DNA from: Candidatus Nomurabacteria bacterium
Lineage (GTDB): Bacteria > Patescibacteriota > Minisyncoccia > Phycocordibacterales > UBA5272
Assembly (NCBI GenBank): GCA_040376695.1
Contig: JBEIQD010000003.1
Location: 1,789-65,788 of the forward strand
Reading direction: 5' to 3'
DNA length: 64,000 bases
Shown: piece after piece, positions 27,860 through 36,342 of the stretch
Numbering within the stretch: position 1 is the stretch's first letter
How the letters are laid out: each line of letters starts with the position of its first letter
The notes under the pieces: model-generated
Told to the model about the DNA's origin: nothing
Database searches by the model: none
The model's input: the letters and a program-made list of their open reading frames with translations, nothing else
Made by a program: the position numbers and the translations under genes

Positions 27860-28969
27860 ATGAAAATAACATTAACAAAACTTCCAAAATCTATCGCAGA
27901 ACTCAACATTGTTGTTGATGAAACAGAATTTGAAACATATCACCAGAAAGGATTTAAGCGTGTACAGGAAATGGTGGAAGTGGACGGTTTTCGAAAAGGA
28001 AATGCGCCAGAAGATATGATTATAAAAAAGTACGGTGACATGATTATTCTAGAAGAGATGGCTAACCTTGCGTTGCGTGATGCATATGTAAAGGCGGTGG
28101 ATGAACACAAGATCTCCCCTATCACTGAACCAAAAGTAACTATCACAAAATTAGCTAAAGGAAATCCACTTGAACTTACTATCACGGTGTCACTTATGCC
28201 AGAAGTAGAACTTCCTGCGTATAAGAAGCTTGCAAAGGAATCTATGAAAGATGAAGAAGCAGTCGTCGTATCTGATAAAGATATTGATGACGTTCTTGAA
28301 GAACTTCGTAAGGGTCGAGTAACACAACATGATCACGATCACGCTGGACACGACCATAATCACGATCACGATTCGCACGAGGGTCATGATCACGCTGAAG
28401 GCGAAGGTCATGAACACGAAGAAGGGGTGGAGGCTTCCCCAGCTGAACTCCCAGCGCTTGATGATGAATTCGCCCAGAGTTTTGGCCCAGACTTCAAATC
28501 ACTTTCTGACCTTAAAACCAAGGTTGAAGAAAATCTTAAACTTGAAAAGGAACAGAAAGCACGAGAGAAGAGACGCACTGCAATTATGGAGAAACTTGTT
28601 GAGGAAACAAAAGTAGATCTTCCAGACGCAATCGTCGAAAGTGAGCTACAGAACATGCTTGCTCAAATGAAAGCGGATGTAACTCGTTTCGGTGGAACAT
28701 GGGAAGATTACCTTACTCATACAAAGAAGACAGAAGATGAAATCAAAGCTGATTGGGTAACTGATGCTGTGAAGCGTGCAATGAGTCAACTTATTTTGCA
28801 TAAGATTGCAGAAGCTGAAAAGCTTACAGCAACTGATGATGAAATTGAAGTTGAGCTTGTTCGCCTATTAACTCAGGTACAAGACGCTGACGAAGAACGC
28901 GCTAAGAGTTATTTGTACCAGGCTCTTACAAATGAAAAGGTTCTTAAGTTCTTAGAAGAATCTAAGTAA
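27860..28969 (+). CDS. tig: trigger factor lacking the PPIase domain, with a His/Asp-rich insert
   Basis: N-terminal ribosome-binding signature GFRKGNAPEDMI and a C-terminal arm domain (ELPALDDEFAQSFG...). The region between them is RVTQHDHDHAGHDHNHDHDSHEGHDHAEGEGHEHEE instead of an FKBP fold. Confidence 0.8.
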   Translation: MKITLTKLPKSIAELNIVVDETEFETYHQKGFKRVQEMVEVDGFRKGNAPEDMIIKKYGDMIILEEMANLALRDAYVKAVDEHKISPITEPKVTITKLAKGNPLELTITVSLMPEVELPAYKKLAKESMKDEEAVVVSDKDIDDVLEELRKGRVTQHDHDHAGHDHNHDHDSHEGHDHAEGEGHEHEEGVEASPAELPALDDEFAQSFGPDFKSLSDLKTKVEENLKLEKEQKAREKRRTAIMEKLVEETKVDLPDAIVESELQNMLAQMKADVTRFGGTWEDYLTHTKKTEDEIKADWVTDAVKRAMSQLILHKIAEAEKLTATDDEIEVELVRLLTQVQDADEERAKSYLYQALTNEKVLKFLEESK

Positions 28970-28974
28970 CTTAC

Positions 28975-29005
28975 AAAGAAATAGAAAAGCGGCACCTAAC
29001 GGTGC
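28975..29005. terminator. bidirectional terminator between tig and the DoxX gene
   Basis: gaaaagcggcacc-taac-ggtgccgcttttc. Confidence 0.7.
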
Positions 29006-29033
29006 CGCTTTTCTATTGAGATAGTACTACGTA

Positions 29034-29390
29034 TTAGTGACCATTCTTGCCGCAACGAATTGCAAGCATAATACCACCGATGATAGCGATATTCTTAAGC
29101 GCCATAACCATGTTACCTGCCATAGCAAAGTCACGATGAGCAACAAGCGTTGCTAGTGCTGTGAAAGCAATCAAAGCGTATCCTGTTTCACGGATCTTGT
29201 ATCCCCATGCGAAGGCTAGAGCTACAGGAACTTCAATAATAATAACAATGAGTGTTGCAAGCATTGGAGCTGGAATTCCAAGTGATCCAATATAACCTGC
29301 TGTCATGTCAAAACTCATAAGTTTCTGTACACCCGCTACTACGAAAAGAAGCGCAATAAGTGAACGAGAGATTGTAGCGTAATTCTTCAT
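29034..29390 (-). CDS. DoxX family membrane protein
   Basis: 118 aa, four hydrophobic helices, LLFVVAGVQKL... pattern. Confidence 0.65.
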   Translation of the reverse strand: MKNYATISRSLIALLFVVAGVQKLMSFDMTAGYIGSLGIPAPMLATLIVIIIEVPVALAFAWGYKIRETGYALIAFTALATLVAHRDFAMAGNMVMALKNIAIIGGIMLAIRCGKNGH

Positions 29391-29457
29391 AAAAATAGAA
29401 ATAATTGTTTATAATCCCGTTAAACAGGGAATGATATAAGTATACTCTGGATTTCCT

Positions 29458-30219
29458 CTATGCAAGAGTTCTTGTTTCAGGTAGCGCAAGAAGTGCTGAA
29501 ATAAGCGCGATGGCTGCAGTATCAGCTTTCAACACTGTGGAGGTGTGTAAAAATGGCACAATACCTGCTTCGTGTGCAACTTTTTCCTCTTCGTCTGTCC
29601 ATCCGCCTTCAGGTCCAACCCATAGCGTTAGCCCCTTTTCCTTAGATAGGTCTTTAAATAGAGCCTTTTTCGTAATACTTGTAAGTGATTCACCAGAAAG
29701 ACTTCCAATGAGAGAAATAGTTTCTGTGTTCGGTACGCAAAGACTCTCAAAAGAAACAATATCTGACAGCAAAGGAATAGTCCCTCTTCCCGACTGTTCG
29801 CAAGCCTCAACTGTTATTGTGGATAACCTTTCGAAATTTAGATTCTTTTTTTCAGATCGAGAGGCTATTACAGGAATGATATGAGTAACACCAAGTTCAG
29901 TTGCTTGTCGCGCAATTGTTTCGAAGGTGTCTTTCTTTACAAGCGCCATCACAAGAGTAATAGGAAAGGCAGGAAGAATATTTGATGAGGAAGTTACGAG
30001 AGTAAGCGTTGCAGCTTGCTTTGAAATGGATAGTATTTTGTAGAGAAAATCTTTTCCTGGGTTCACAGAAGAAAAAAGAATGACTTCGTCTCCGCTTGTA
30101 TAGCGGAAGACGTTTGCCCACTGATGTAATAACTTTTTTTCTACCTCTGTATCACCAACATTTTCTACAACAATCTCTTCACCAAGGGGTTTGTTAACGT
30201 AGAAGCGATGTAATCGCAT
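29458..30219 (-). CDS. rsmE: 16S rRNA (uracil1498-N3)-methyltransferase RsmE
   Basis: MRLHRFYV N-terminus (start at 30219) and C-terminal SPOUT fold segment GPEGGWTDEE. Confidence 0.7.
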   Translation of the reverse strand: MRLHRFYVNKPLGEEIVVENVGDTEVEKKLLHQWANVFRYTSGDEVILFSSVNPGKDFLYKILSISKQAATLTLVTSSSNILPAFPITLVMALVKKDTFETIARQATELGVTHIIPVIASRSEKKNLNFERLSTITVEACEQSGRGTIPLLSDIVSFESLCVPNTETISLIGSLSGESLTSITKKALFKDLSKEKGLTLWVGPEGGWTDEEEKVAHEAGIVPFLHTSTVLKADTAAIALISALLALPETRTLA

Positions 30220-30582
30220 TACTACGTACTCTACGCAGGTTACAGAGACATTGCAAGGATATGTAAAAGCCAATATTTATAAGGACGTTTATGCGCGAAA
30301 GAATATTAAAGACAGTTATCCACAGATATGTACTTGCATATAAAAGACAGTGGAGTATTATTAAGGACAGAGCAGTGGTACATACAAACAAGCTTCATCG
30401 CGCTTAGCGATTAACAACACTTTGTTTATAGTCAACTGCCTCTGATCTTTCCCATAGCGGTCCTCATTAATCACATTTCGTGAACCGCGCTCAATAAACA
30501 GTTTCTGAAAAACCCTTAAGTTTCTGCTCTTTTTATCAGCTTTTGGTCTTAGATATTCCATGTAGCTATAACTCTTTTTTAG

Positions 30583-30641
30583 AATCCCCTGCATTGTGTG
30601 CACGAACTCCTTTCGCGCCTACAATGCAGGGGATTTTTTAT
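30583..30641 (+). terminator. long stem-loop (15-bp stem, about 23-nt loop) plus T6: plus-strand intrinsic terminator with no annotated plus-strand gene upstream
   Basis: aatcccctgcattgt...acaatgcaggggatt followed by ttttttattg. Confidence 0.5.
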
Positions 30642-30675
30642 TGTCTAATAGCATGTCTTTTATTAAAGACAATAG

Positions 30676-30706
30676 AAAAAGCGGTCGTATAAATACGACC
30701 GCTTTG
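30676..30706 (-). terminator. intrinsic terminator of the GC-rich membrane protein gene
   Basis: aaagcggtcgtat-aaa-tacgaccgcttt, with a U-run in the minus orientation. Confidence 0.65.
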
Positions 30707-30727
30707 TTGTGTGTGAAATTCACACGT

Positions 30728-31360
30728 TCACTTCTTTCCCTTCACCATGAAGGCAAGGACTGAAAAGACAATCAGGAAAAACCCGATAGCTATCACAAAC
30801 TTCACGGTGTCGAATACTGCTTGAGGTAGTCCGTAGACATCCTCGAACAGTTCAAGCTTGCTTCCTGAGAAGAGAGCAACCCCTCCCCCAGTAAGAATCA
30901 GTCCCCACATGATCATTGCAAGTCCCGTGCTGTGCTTACCTCTGAGTATGCTTCCAATAATTCCGAAGAATGAAGCAATACCCTTTCCGCACAGCTCCAG
31001 GAACCCTTTGAGCATGCCGACGGTTGCTAGTCCGAACAGAAAAGCAACGAAGAAGGCTACCAGAATGTGGGGTTCTTTCCACCATGTAAGCCCGTCGAGG
31101 TGGGCATCATGTGCCAACCAAGCCGCAGTCATGAGGGAAATCACAAAGCCTGTACCGGGAAGGCCATGTTTGACCCACCCCTTCAGGGTTTTTTCGAGCT
31201 TTCCCGCGTGCTGCAGGAGTAGTCCGGCGCTGGACACCATGAGCAAAAACCCAATCAATGCGAAGATTTTAAAGTCTTCTTGCCTGGGTGCAAACCACCA
31301 GAAGAGCAGTCCAGCGACCGCCACAACAGTCGCAGCGATTACCAGTGGATATTTTTTCAT
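30728..31360 (-). CDS. polytopic membrane protein of unknown function, compositionally atypical
   Basis: 210 aa with at least five hydrophobic helices. About 52% GC with GCC/CTG/GGC codons, unlike the surrounding genes. Confidence 0.5.
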   Translation of the reverse strand: MKKYPLVIAATVVAVAGLLFWWFAPRQEDFKIFALIGFLLMVSSAGLLLQHAGKLEKTLKGWVKHGLPGTGFVISLMTAAWLAHDAHLDGLTWWKEPHILVAFFVAFLFGLATVGMLKGFLELCGKGIASFFGIIGSILRGKHSTGLAMIMWGLILTGGGVALFSGSKLELFEDVYGLPQAVFDTVKFVIAIGFFLIVFSVLAFMVKGKK

Positions 31361-31627
31361 ATCAGTCCCCTTTCAAGAGAATGTTGAGCTTAATTCAAAG
31401 AATTACAAGGGTTTTTGCTGTTATGCAAGAACACAATGTTACATATACTATTATATCATAAATTGCATATTTGTCAATCGTTTCTCATGCTATAAATCAT
31501 GATATAGTGCGAGTATCCAGTTACGTCTGAAACTCAGTAATGACAAGTGTTTCCGAGGATTTTTAATTTTAGAATTTGTGTGTTGTTACAGGCTTTGTTT
31601 TCACTACTAAATTAGTACTTATCCCCT

Positions 31628-32215
31628 ATGTTAATCCCTACAGTTATTGAAAAAAGCCAATTTGGCGAACGTGCGTATGATATTTACTCAAGACTCCTTA
31701 AAGAGCGAATCATTTTCTTGGGAGATGAAGTAAATCAGTACACTGCATCTATTGTGGTTGCTCAGATGCTTTTCCTTGAAGCAGAAGACCCAAAGAAAGA
31801 CATTATGCTCTATATTAATTCTCCTGGAGGGAATGTATATGACGGTCTTGCTATTTATGACACCATGAAACACCTCAAATGTGACGTGGCAACAGTTGGT
31901 ATGGGTATGCAGGCTTCAATGGGAGCCTTTCTCCTTTCAAGTGGAACAAAAGGAAAGCGTAGCCTTCTTCCTCATGCAACAGTGATGATTCACCAGCCTT
32001 CGGCAGGTACCCGTGGAAAAGTTACTGATATGGAGATTGATCTTAAGGAAGGTTTGCGTCTTAAGAAGCTTCTTAATGAAATTCTTGCAACAAATACCGG
32101 ACAGAAACTTGCAATCATTGAAAAAGATAGTGATCGCGATTATTGGATGAGCGCTGAAGAGGCAAAGAAGTACGGAATCGTAGACAATGTACTTAAGTCA
32201 AAGTCAGCTAAGTAG
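31628..32215 (+). CDS. clpP: ATP-dependent Clp protease proteolytic subunit
   Basis: Catalytic Ser-His context [22 protein letters not shown]. Confidence 0.9.
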   Translation: MLIPTVIEKSQFGERAYDIYSRLLKERIIFLGDEVNQYTASIVVAQMLFLEAEDPKKDIMLYINSPGGNVYDGLAIYDTMKHLKCDVATVGMGMQASMGAFLLSSGTKGKRSLLPHATVMIHQPSAGTRGKVTDMEIDLKEGLRLKKLLNEILATNTGQKLAIIEKDSDRDYWMSAEEAKKYGIVDNVLKSKSAK

Positions 32216-32260
32216 TTTTAATTATTGTATTTCTGTTCACTCAGAAATATTAAACCAACT

Positions 32261-33754
32261 ATGGATAGACTTATCATAGAAGCAGCATTAATTTCTGGCG
32301 CAGTAGGAACTACTGTTGGATGGGTTGTTCGTCACTATGTTGCAAAGGCGCGTCGTGGAACAATCGAACAAGAACTTGATCAGCTGGTTCTCAACGCTCG
32401 TAAAGAAGCACACACAATAGAAAGTGACGCACTTAGTCGTGCTCAAACAATGAGGGTTGAGCTTGAAAAAAGCGAAGACCGTTTACAAAAACAAGAAGAA
32501 CGAGCAGATAAGCGTGACGAAGAACTCACTCACGGGCTTGATACTGTTCGCACACAAGAAAGAGAGTTAGAGCAGAGACTTCACACAACAAAAGAACTAG
32601 AGAACAAACTTGCGCGTGAGTATGAAAAAGTGGCAGGACTATCTCGTGAAGAAGCTCGTGCGCTGCTTATTTCAAAAATAACAGAGGAAGCTGAAGAAGA
32701 TCTTCAGTCTCGAATGCTCAAGCTCTCTCGGGACGGCGAAGAAAAACTAACAGAGAAAGCGCGAGATATTCTTGTTAATTGTGTGTACCGTATTGCAAAT
32801 ACAAATGTTTCTTCGTTCACATCATCTACGGTTGAAATTACGGACGAGGAAATTAAAGGAAAAATTATTGGTAAAGAAGGCCGTAACATTAAAACGTTTG
32901 AACGATTGGCCGGTGTTGAGCTTTTGGTGGACGAAGTGCCAAACGGTATTGTTGTTTCATGTTTTGATGCTGTTAGACGCGCTATTGCGGTAAACGCTCT
33001 TAAGATGCTTATTGCAGATGGTCGCATTCAGCCTGCAAAAATTGAAGAGTGTATTGAAAAAGCCAAGAAAGATATTGGAATCTTTATTCGAAAGAAAGGA
33101 GAAGAGGCAGTGCTTGCATGTGGACTTGTGTCAGTTCCTGATGAACTCATTTCAATCCTTGGAAGATTATACTTCCGTACTAGTTATGGACAGAATGTAC
33201 TTGATCACTCAGTTGAAATGGCGCACATTGCAGGGCTTCTAGCAGAAGAACTTGGTGCTGATGTTTACGTTGCTAAAGCTGGTGCGTTACTCCATGATAT
33301 TGGAAAGGCCGTCGATCATGAAATACAAGGAACTCATGTTGAGATCGGTAGAAAGATTCTTATGAAGTATGGAGTAGACGAAAGAATTATTCTTGCCATG
33401 CAGTCTCATCATGAAGAATATCCGTATGAAACAATCGAATCAGTGCTAGTACAGGTAGCGGATGCAGTTTCTGGAGGAAGACCTGGAGCGCGAAGAGATA
33501 CTGTTGATCGCTACATTACACGACTTTCTGATTTAGAGGCTATAGCGCTTGCGTTTTCGGGCATTGAACGTGTGTATGCTCTCCAAGCAGGACGAGAAAT
33601 ACGAGTATTCGTTACCCCTACACTGGTGTCTGATTTGCAAGCACGGGAACTTGCTCGAGCCATCGCTCTTCGCATTGAACAAGAACTACGTTATCCGGGG
33701 GAAATAAAAATTAATGTGATTCGTGAATCGCGTGTGATCGAAATTGCTCGGTAG
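32261..33754 (+). CDS. rny: ribonuclease Y
   Basis: N-terminal TM helix, coiled coil, KH domain (GKIIGKEGRNIKTFE), HD domain (LLHDIGKAVDHE). Start MDRLIIEAAL at 32261. Confidence 0.85.
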   Translation: MDRLIIEAALISGAVGTTVGWVVRHYVAKARRGTIEQELDQLVLNARKEAHTIESDALSRAQTMRVELEKSEDRLQKQEERADKRDEELTHGLDTVRTQERELEQRLHTTKELENKLAREYEKVAGLSREEARALLISKITEEAEEDLQSRMLKLSRDGEEKLTEKARDILVNCVYRIANTNVSSFTSSTVEITDEEIKGKIIGKEGRNIKTFERLAGVELLVDEVPNGIVVSCFDAVRRAIAVNALKMLIADGRIQPAKIEECIEKAKKDIGIFIRKKGEEAVLACGLVSVPDELISILGRLYFRTSYGQNVLDHSVEMAHIAGLLAEELGADVYVAKAGALLHDIGKAVDHEIQGTHVEIGRKILMKYGVDERIILAMQSHHEEYPYETIESVLVQVADAVSGGRPGARRDTVDRYITRLSDLEAIALAFSGIERVYALQAGREIRVFVTPTLVSDLQARELARAIALRIEQELRYPGEIKINVIRESRVIEIAR

Positions 33755-33920
33755 TCTGTTTTTTGACAATTCACATACGTATTGTATTGTGACTTGCTAA
33801 AAAACCTATGCGTACTATACTTATTTTATCCATCGTAAGCATGCGCATGCGAGGAGATTACTAAATTATTTTTTGATAGTACGTTTACCTAGGAATGGAC
33901 TATCATAACAATTCACTCAT

Positions 33921-34193
33921 ATGAACAAAGCAGGACTCGTTGAAGCAGTAAATGCTGTGCTTGGAACTACAAAGGTTCAGGCAGAAGAAGTGGTAGACAC
34001 TGTGTTTAACACAATCGTTAAGACTCTTACAAAGGGCGACGAAGTAGCTATTGCAGGTGTTGGTAAGTTCACAGTAAAGCTCCGCAAGGCGCGTGATGCT
34101 CGTAACCCAAAGACAGGTGAAACTGTTAAGGTTCCAGCAACAAAGGTTCCAAAGTTCTCAGCAGCTAAGGCTCTTAAGGACGCAGTTAAGTAA
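33921..34193 (+). CDS. hup: DNA-binding protein HU
   Basis: 90 aa; MNKAGLVEAV...GFGKF...RNPKTGE arm motif. Confidence 0.85.
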   Translation: MNKAGLVEAVNAVLGTTKVQAEEVVDTVFNTIVKTLTKGDEVAIAGVGKFTVKLRKARDARNPKTGETVKVPATKVPKFSAAKALKDAVK

Positions 34194-34202
34194 TTAACTT
34201 TC

Positions 34203-34250
34203 GTAAAGAATACAAAAACCCGCCAATTGGCGGGTTTTTGTATTCTTTAC
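34203..34250. terminator. 48-bp perfect palindrome forming a bidirectional terminator between hup and the convergent gene
   Basis: gtaaagaatacaaaaacccgccaa | ttggcgggtttttgtattctttac. Confidence 0.7.
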
Positions 34251-34657
34251 TGTATCTGTCTCTTTCTTGCTGCATCTAATCTGTCAGCATCATGGAACTC
34301 CCCTGTTGCTCGAAGCGCATTATCAAACGCATCTTCATCACTTTCTTGGGCTGGAGTAACCCAGAATTCTTCTACTGGAGGTTTTACAAGGTATTTACTG
34401 TCCCCTTCTTGTTCTTTTTGTAAAAGTAATGCTGTGAGCTCAGTTCTTTTTTGAGCTAAAGCAACCTTTTCTTTTTCTACGACACTGAGTAAAGCGCTTC
34501 TTTGAGCTGGCTCTGTTGCGGCTTTTGCTTCCATATCCTTAATCATCGATTGAATTCTATTCACTTCATCCTGAATCTTTTGAATAGCAGATTGAGCCTC
34601 GTTAGTATTTGGTAAAGTGGGTTCACCGTGCCCGTAGTTTTCTGGTCCTGTTCTCAT
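34247..34657 (-). CDS. hypothetical coiled-coil protein
   Basis: 136-aa ORF, Q/E/K-rich. Confidence 0.45.
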   Translation of the reverse strand: MRTGPENYGHGEPTLPNTNEAQSAIQKIQDEVNRIQSMIKDMEAKAATEPAQRSALLSVVEKEKVALAQKRTELTALLLQKEQEGDSKYLVKPPVEEFWVTPAQESDEDAFDNALRATGEFHDADRLDAARKRQIQ

Positions 34658-34686
34658 ATGAATGTAGTATATCCCTATTTATAATT

Positions 34687-34989
34687 TTATGCAGCCCTCA
34701 TCCCCTCCTCCATAGTTTCTTCGTTTGCTGCATCCTCTAGGAGTTCAGCTTGTTCTGTTTGTAGTTGAGCAAGTGTTATTCTTGCTTCCAGAATGTCTCT
34801 GTTCCATTTCTTTCTTTGCTCTTCAGTGGCGCCAGCATTTTCTAGAAGCTTTTGAAGGTCTTCTATAAATTTTGTGGTTGCTTTGATTCCTCTATCTGCT
34901 TTCGCTAGATACATCGGTACATTAGTTAGTCCAATAGATTCTTGGTTTTGATCTGAGTCCGGTGCAGAATGTAAGCCAAACATTTTCAT
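34687..34989 (-). CDS. hypothetical small acidic protein
   Basis: 100-aa ORF upstream of the previous one on the same strand. Confidence 0.4.
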   Translation of the reverse strand: MKMFGLHSAPDSDQNQESIGLTNVPMYLAKADRGIKATTKFIEDLQKLLENAGATEEQRKKWNRDILEARITLAQLQTEQAELLEDAANEETMEEGMRAA

Positions 34990-35025
34990 GTATAAAGTTT
35001 AGCATATGCTCCTATCTAGATATAG

Positions 35026-35057
35026 AAAAAGGCCTCAAATCAATTTGAGGCCTTTTT
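35026..35057. terminator. hairpin terminator downstream of tRNA-Gly(TCC)
   Basis: aaaaaggcctcaaat-caa-tttgaggccttttt. Confidence 0.6.
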
Positions 35058-35064
35058 CTTATAG

Positions 35065-35135
35065 TGCGGCGTAAGAGAATCGAACTCTTGTCTCCTGCTT
35101 GGAAGGCAGGCATTCTACCACTAAACCAACACCGC
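35065..35135 (-). tRNA. tRNA-Gly (anticodon UCC), no encoded CCA
   Basis: Cloverleaf by hand: acceptor GCGGTGT/ACGCCGC, anticodon loop CTTCCAA, T-arm GAGTTCGATTCTC. Confidence 0.8.
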
Positions 35136-35244
35136 TTGTAGAGACTATACTACTACATTTCTTTTAATTTTTCCAGAGTACATGCAAAATGTTTAAAATG
35201 TGATAGGATATATACACGTTTCTGCAAGGTTACAGAGGAAATAT

Positions 35245-35317
35245 CGGAGTGTGGTGTAACGGCTAACATTTTGGTTTTGGGTACCAAAGACTCAGGGTTC
35301 GAATCCCTGCACTCCGA
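35245..35317 (+). tRNA. tRNA-Pro (anticodon UGG), no encoded CCA
   Basis: Acceptor CGGAGTG/CACTCCG, anticodon stem TTGGT/ACCAA with loop TTTGGGT, T-arm CAGGGTTCGAATCCCTG. Confidence 0.8.
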
Positions 35318-35323
35318 CTATAA

Positions 35324-35357
35324 ACAACAAATCCGCCACGTGGCGGATTTGTTGTTT
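35324..35357. terminator. hairpin terminator after tRNA-Pro, convergent with the YraN-like gene
   Basis: aacaacaaatccgccacgtggcggatttgttgtt. Confidence 0.6.
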
Positions 35358-35368
35358 TAGTATAAAGC

Positions 35369-35770
35369 TTACTCTTTTAGTATATTTTCCATAAATACCA
35401 CTCTCCCCTCCCTTATTTCAGGATTAATATACACACAAGCTAAATCCATTTGCCAAGGTGTTCCACGTGTAACGTCTGTATGGCGTAGGTAGACTTCAAC
35501 ACTTATGACAAGTTTATTCCATTTATCTTGAGTTAGGTTATCTTCTGGTTGTACAGCTAGATTCTCCAGGTTGTTGAAATCTCTGACTTTTACACTTTTA
35601 ACTTCAATGAATCTTAGTTTGTTGTCCTTTTTCGCAATAATATCTATTTCACCAAACTTAGTACGATAGTTTGTGCCAACAACGGTAAAACCATGTTTCA
35701 TGAGAAACGTTTTTGTTATATTTTCACCTATTCTTCCAATTTCGTTATGTTCAGCCATGTTTGTAATCAT
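35369..35770 (-). CDS. YraN/UPF0102 family endonuclease-like protein
   Basis: GE.DIIA...LRFIEVK motif (GEIDIIAKKDNKLRFIEVKSVK). Confidence 0.65.
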   Translation of the reverse strand: MITNMAEHNEIGRIGENITKTFLMKHGFTVVGTNYRTKFGEIDIIAKKDNKLRFIEVKSVKVRDFNNLENLAVQPEDNLTQDKWNKLVISVEVYLRHTDVTRGTPWQMDLACVYINPEIREGRVVFMENILKE

Positions 35771-35937
35771 TTCATGAGAAACGATTATTTTGTTTCACGT
35801 GAAACGTTTGTCCTTCTTATTCCACTTTGCCTTTAATAAAAAGGGCAAAGACCTTTTAAAAAGATATATAAATCAATGCTTTTTTACAATTAAAGCCAGT
35901 ATTTGTACAATCTGCCCTCTACGTACTTTACTGTCTT

Positions 35938-35967
35938 TTATCCACTGTTCCCACAGGTTTATCCACA
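35938..35967 (+). promoter_or_regulatory. tandem DnaA-box-like cluster (TTATCCACT, TTCCCACAG, TTATCCACA) spaced about one helical turn apart
   Basis: Read directly: cttttatccactgttcccacaggtttatccacagtt. An AT-rich stretch, ttttaaaaagatatataaatcaatgcttttttacaattaaag, lies immediately upstream (35860-35900). Confidence 0.3.
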
Positions 35968-36088
35968 GTTTTGAACTTTAGAAGGGGTTTCATGTGGAAC
36001 AGTCAGCAAGAGAAACGTGGCTTGTTTCCCCTTGATAGAAGAGGGGATTATGCTAGAATGGTGTTACTAAATAAACAGATTTAGTGTT

Positions 36089-36159
36089 GCGGTGTTGGTT
36101 TAGTGGTAGAACACGACCTTGCCAAGGTTGAGACAGGAGTTCGATTCTCCTACGCCGCA
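36089..36159 (+). tRNA. tRNA-Gly (anticodon GCC), no encoded CCA
   Basis: Acceptor GCGGTGT/ACGCCGC, anticodon stem CGACC/GGTTG with loop TTGCCAA, T-arm GGAGTTCGATTCTCC. Confidence 0.8.
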
Positions 36160-36240
36160 CAGATTAGTCCTATTTTTCAAATAGAGACCACATGTAGAAA
36201 TATATTCTTCGTTACACGAGAAACGTTTAGTCACTTTTTG

Positions 36241-36312
36241 TGCTTCCACCAGGATTCGAACCTGGAACGACGGTTCCGAAGACCGTTGTGATATCCATTT
36301 CACCATGGAAGC
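36241..36312 (-). tRNA. tRNA-Arg (anticodon UCG), no encoded CCA
   Basis: Reverse complement gives acceptor GCTTCCA/TGGAAGC, D-arm GTGA..TCAC, anticodon stem ACGGT/ACCGT with loop CTTCGGA, T-arm CCAGGTTCGAATCCTGG. Confidence 0.75.
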
Positions 36313-36342
36313 TTGATTTATAAAGAAATTCTAACACATTCT

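Noticed and set aside
28320-28430. Short direct nucleotide repeats (catgatcacg...) resembling a tiny repeat array
   Set aside because: They lie inside the tig coding frame and simply encode the His-Asp repeats. They are not CRISPR. No CRISPR array was seen anywhere in the window.
30361-30603. 80-aa minus-strand ORF in the 450-nt intergenic region
   Set aside because: It spans hairpins and the DnaA box, has no RBS, and its composition is non-protein-like. The region is better read as non-coding or as an sRNA locus.
30708-30726. gtgtgaaattcacac near-palindrome immediately after the membrane-protein gene stop
   Set aside because: It is short (7-bp arms), imperfect at the centre, and adjacent to a real terminator. 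It is probably incidental.
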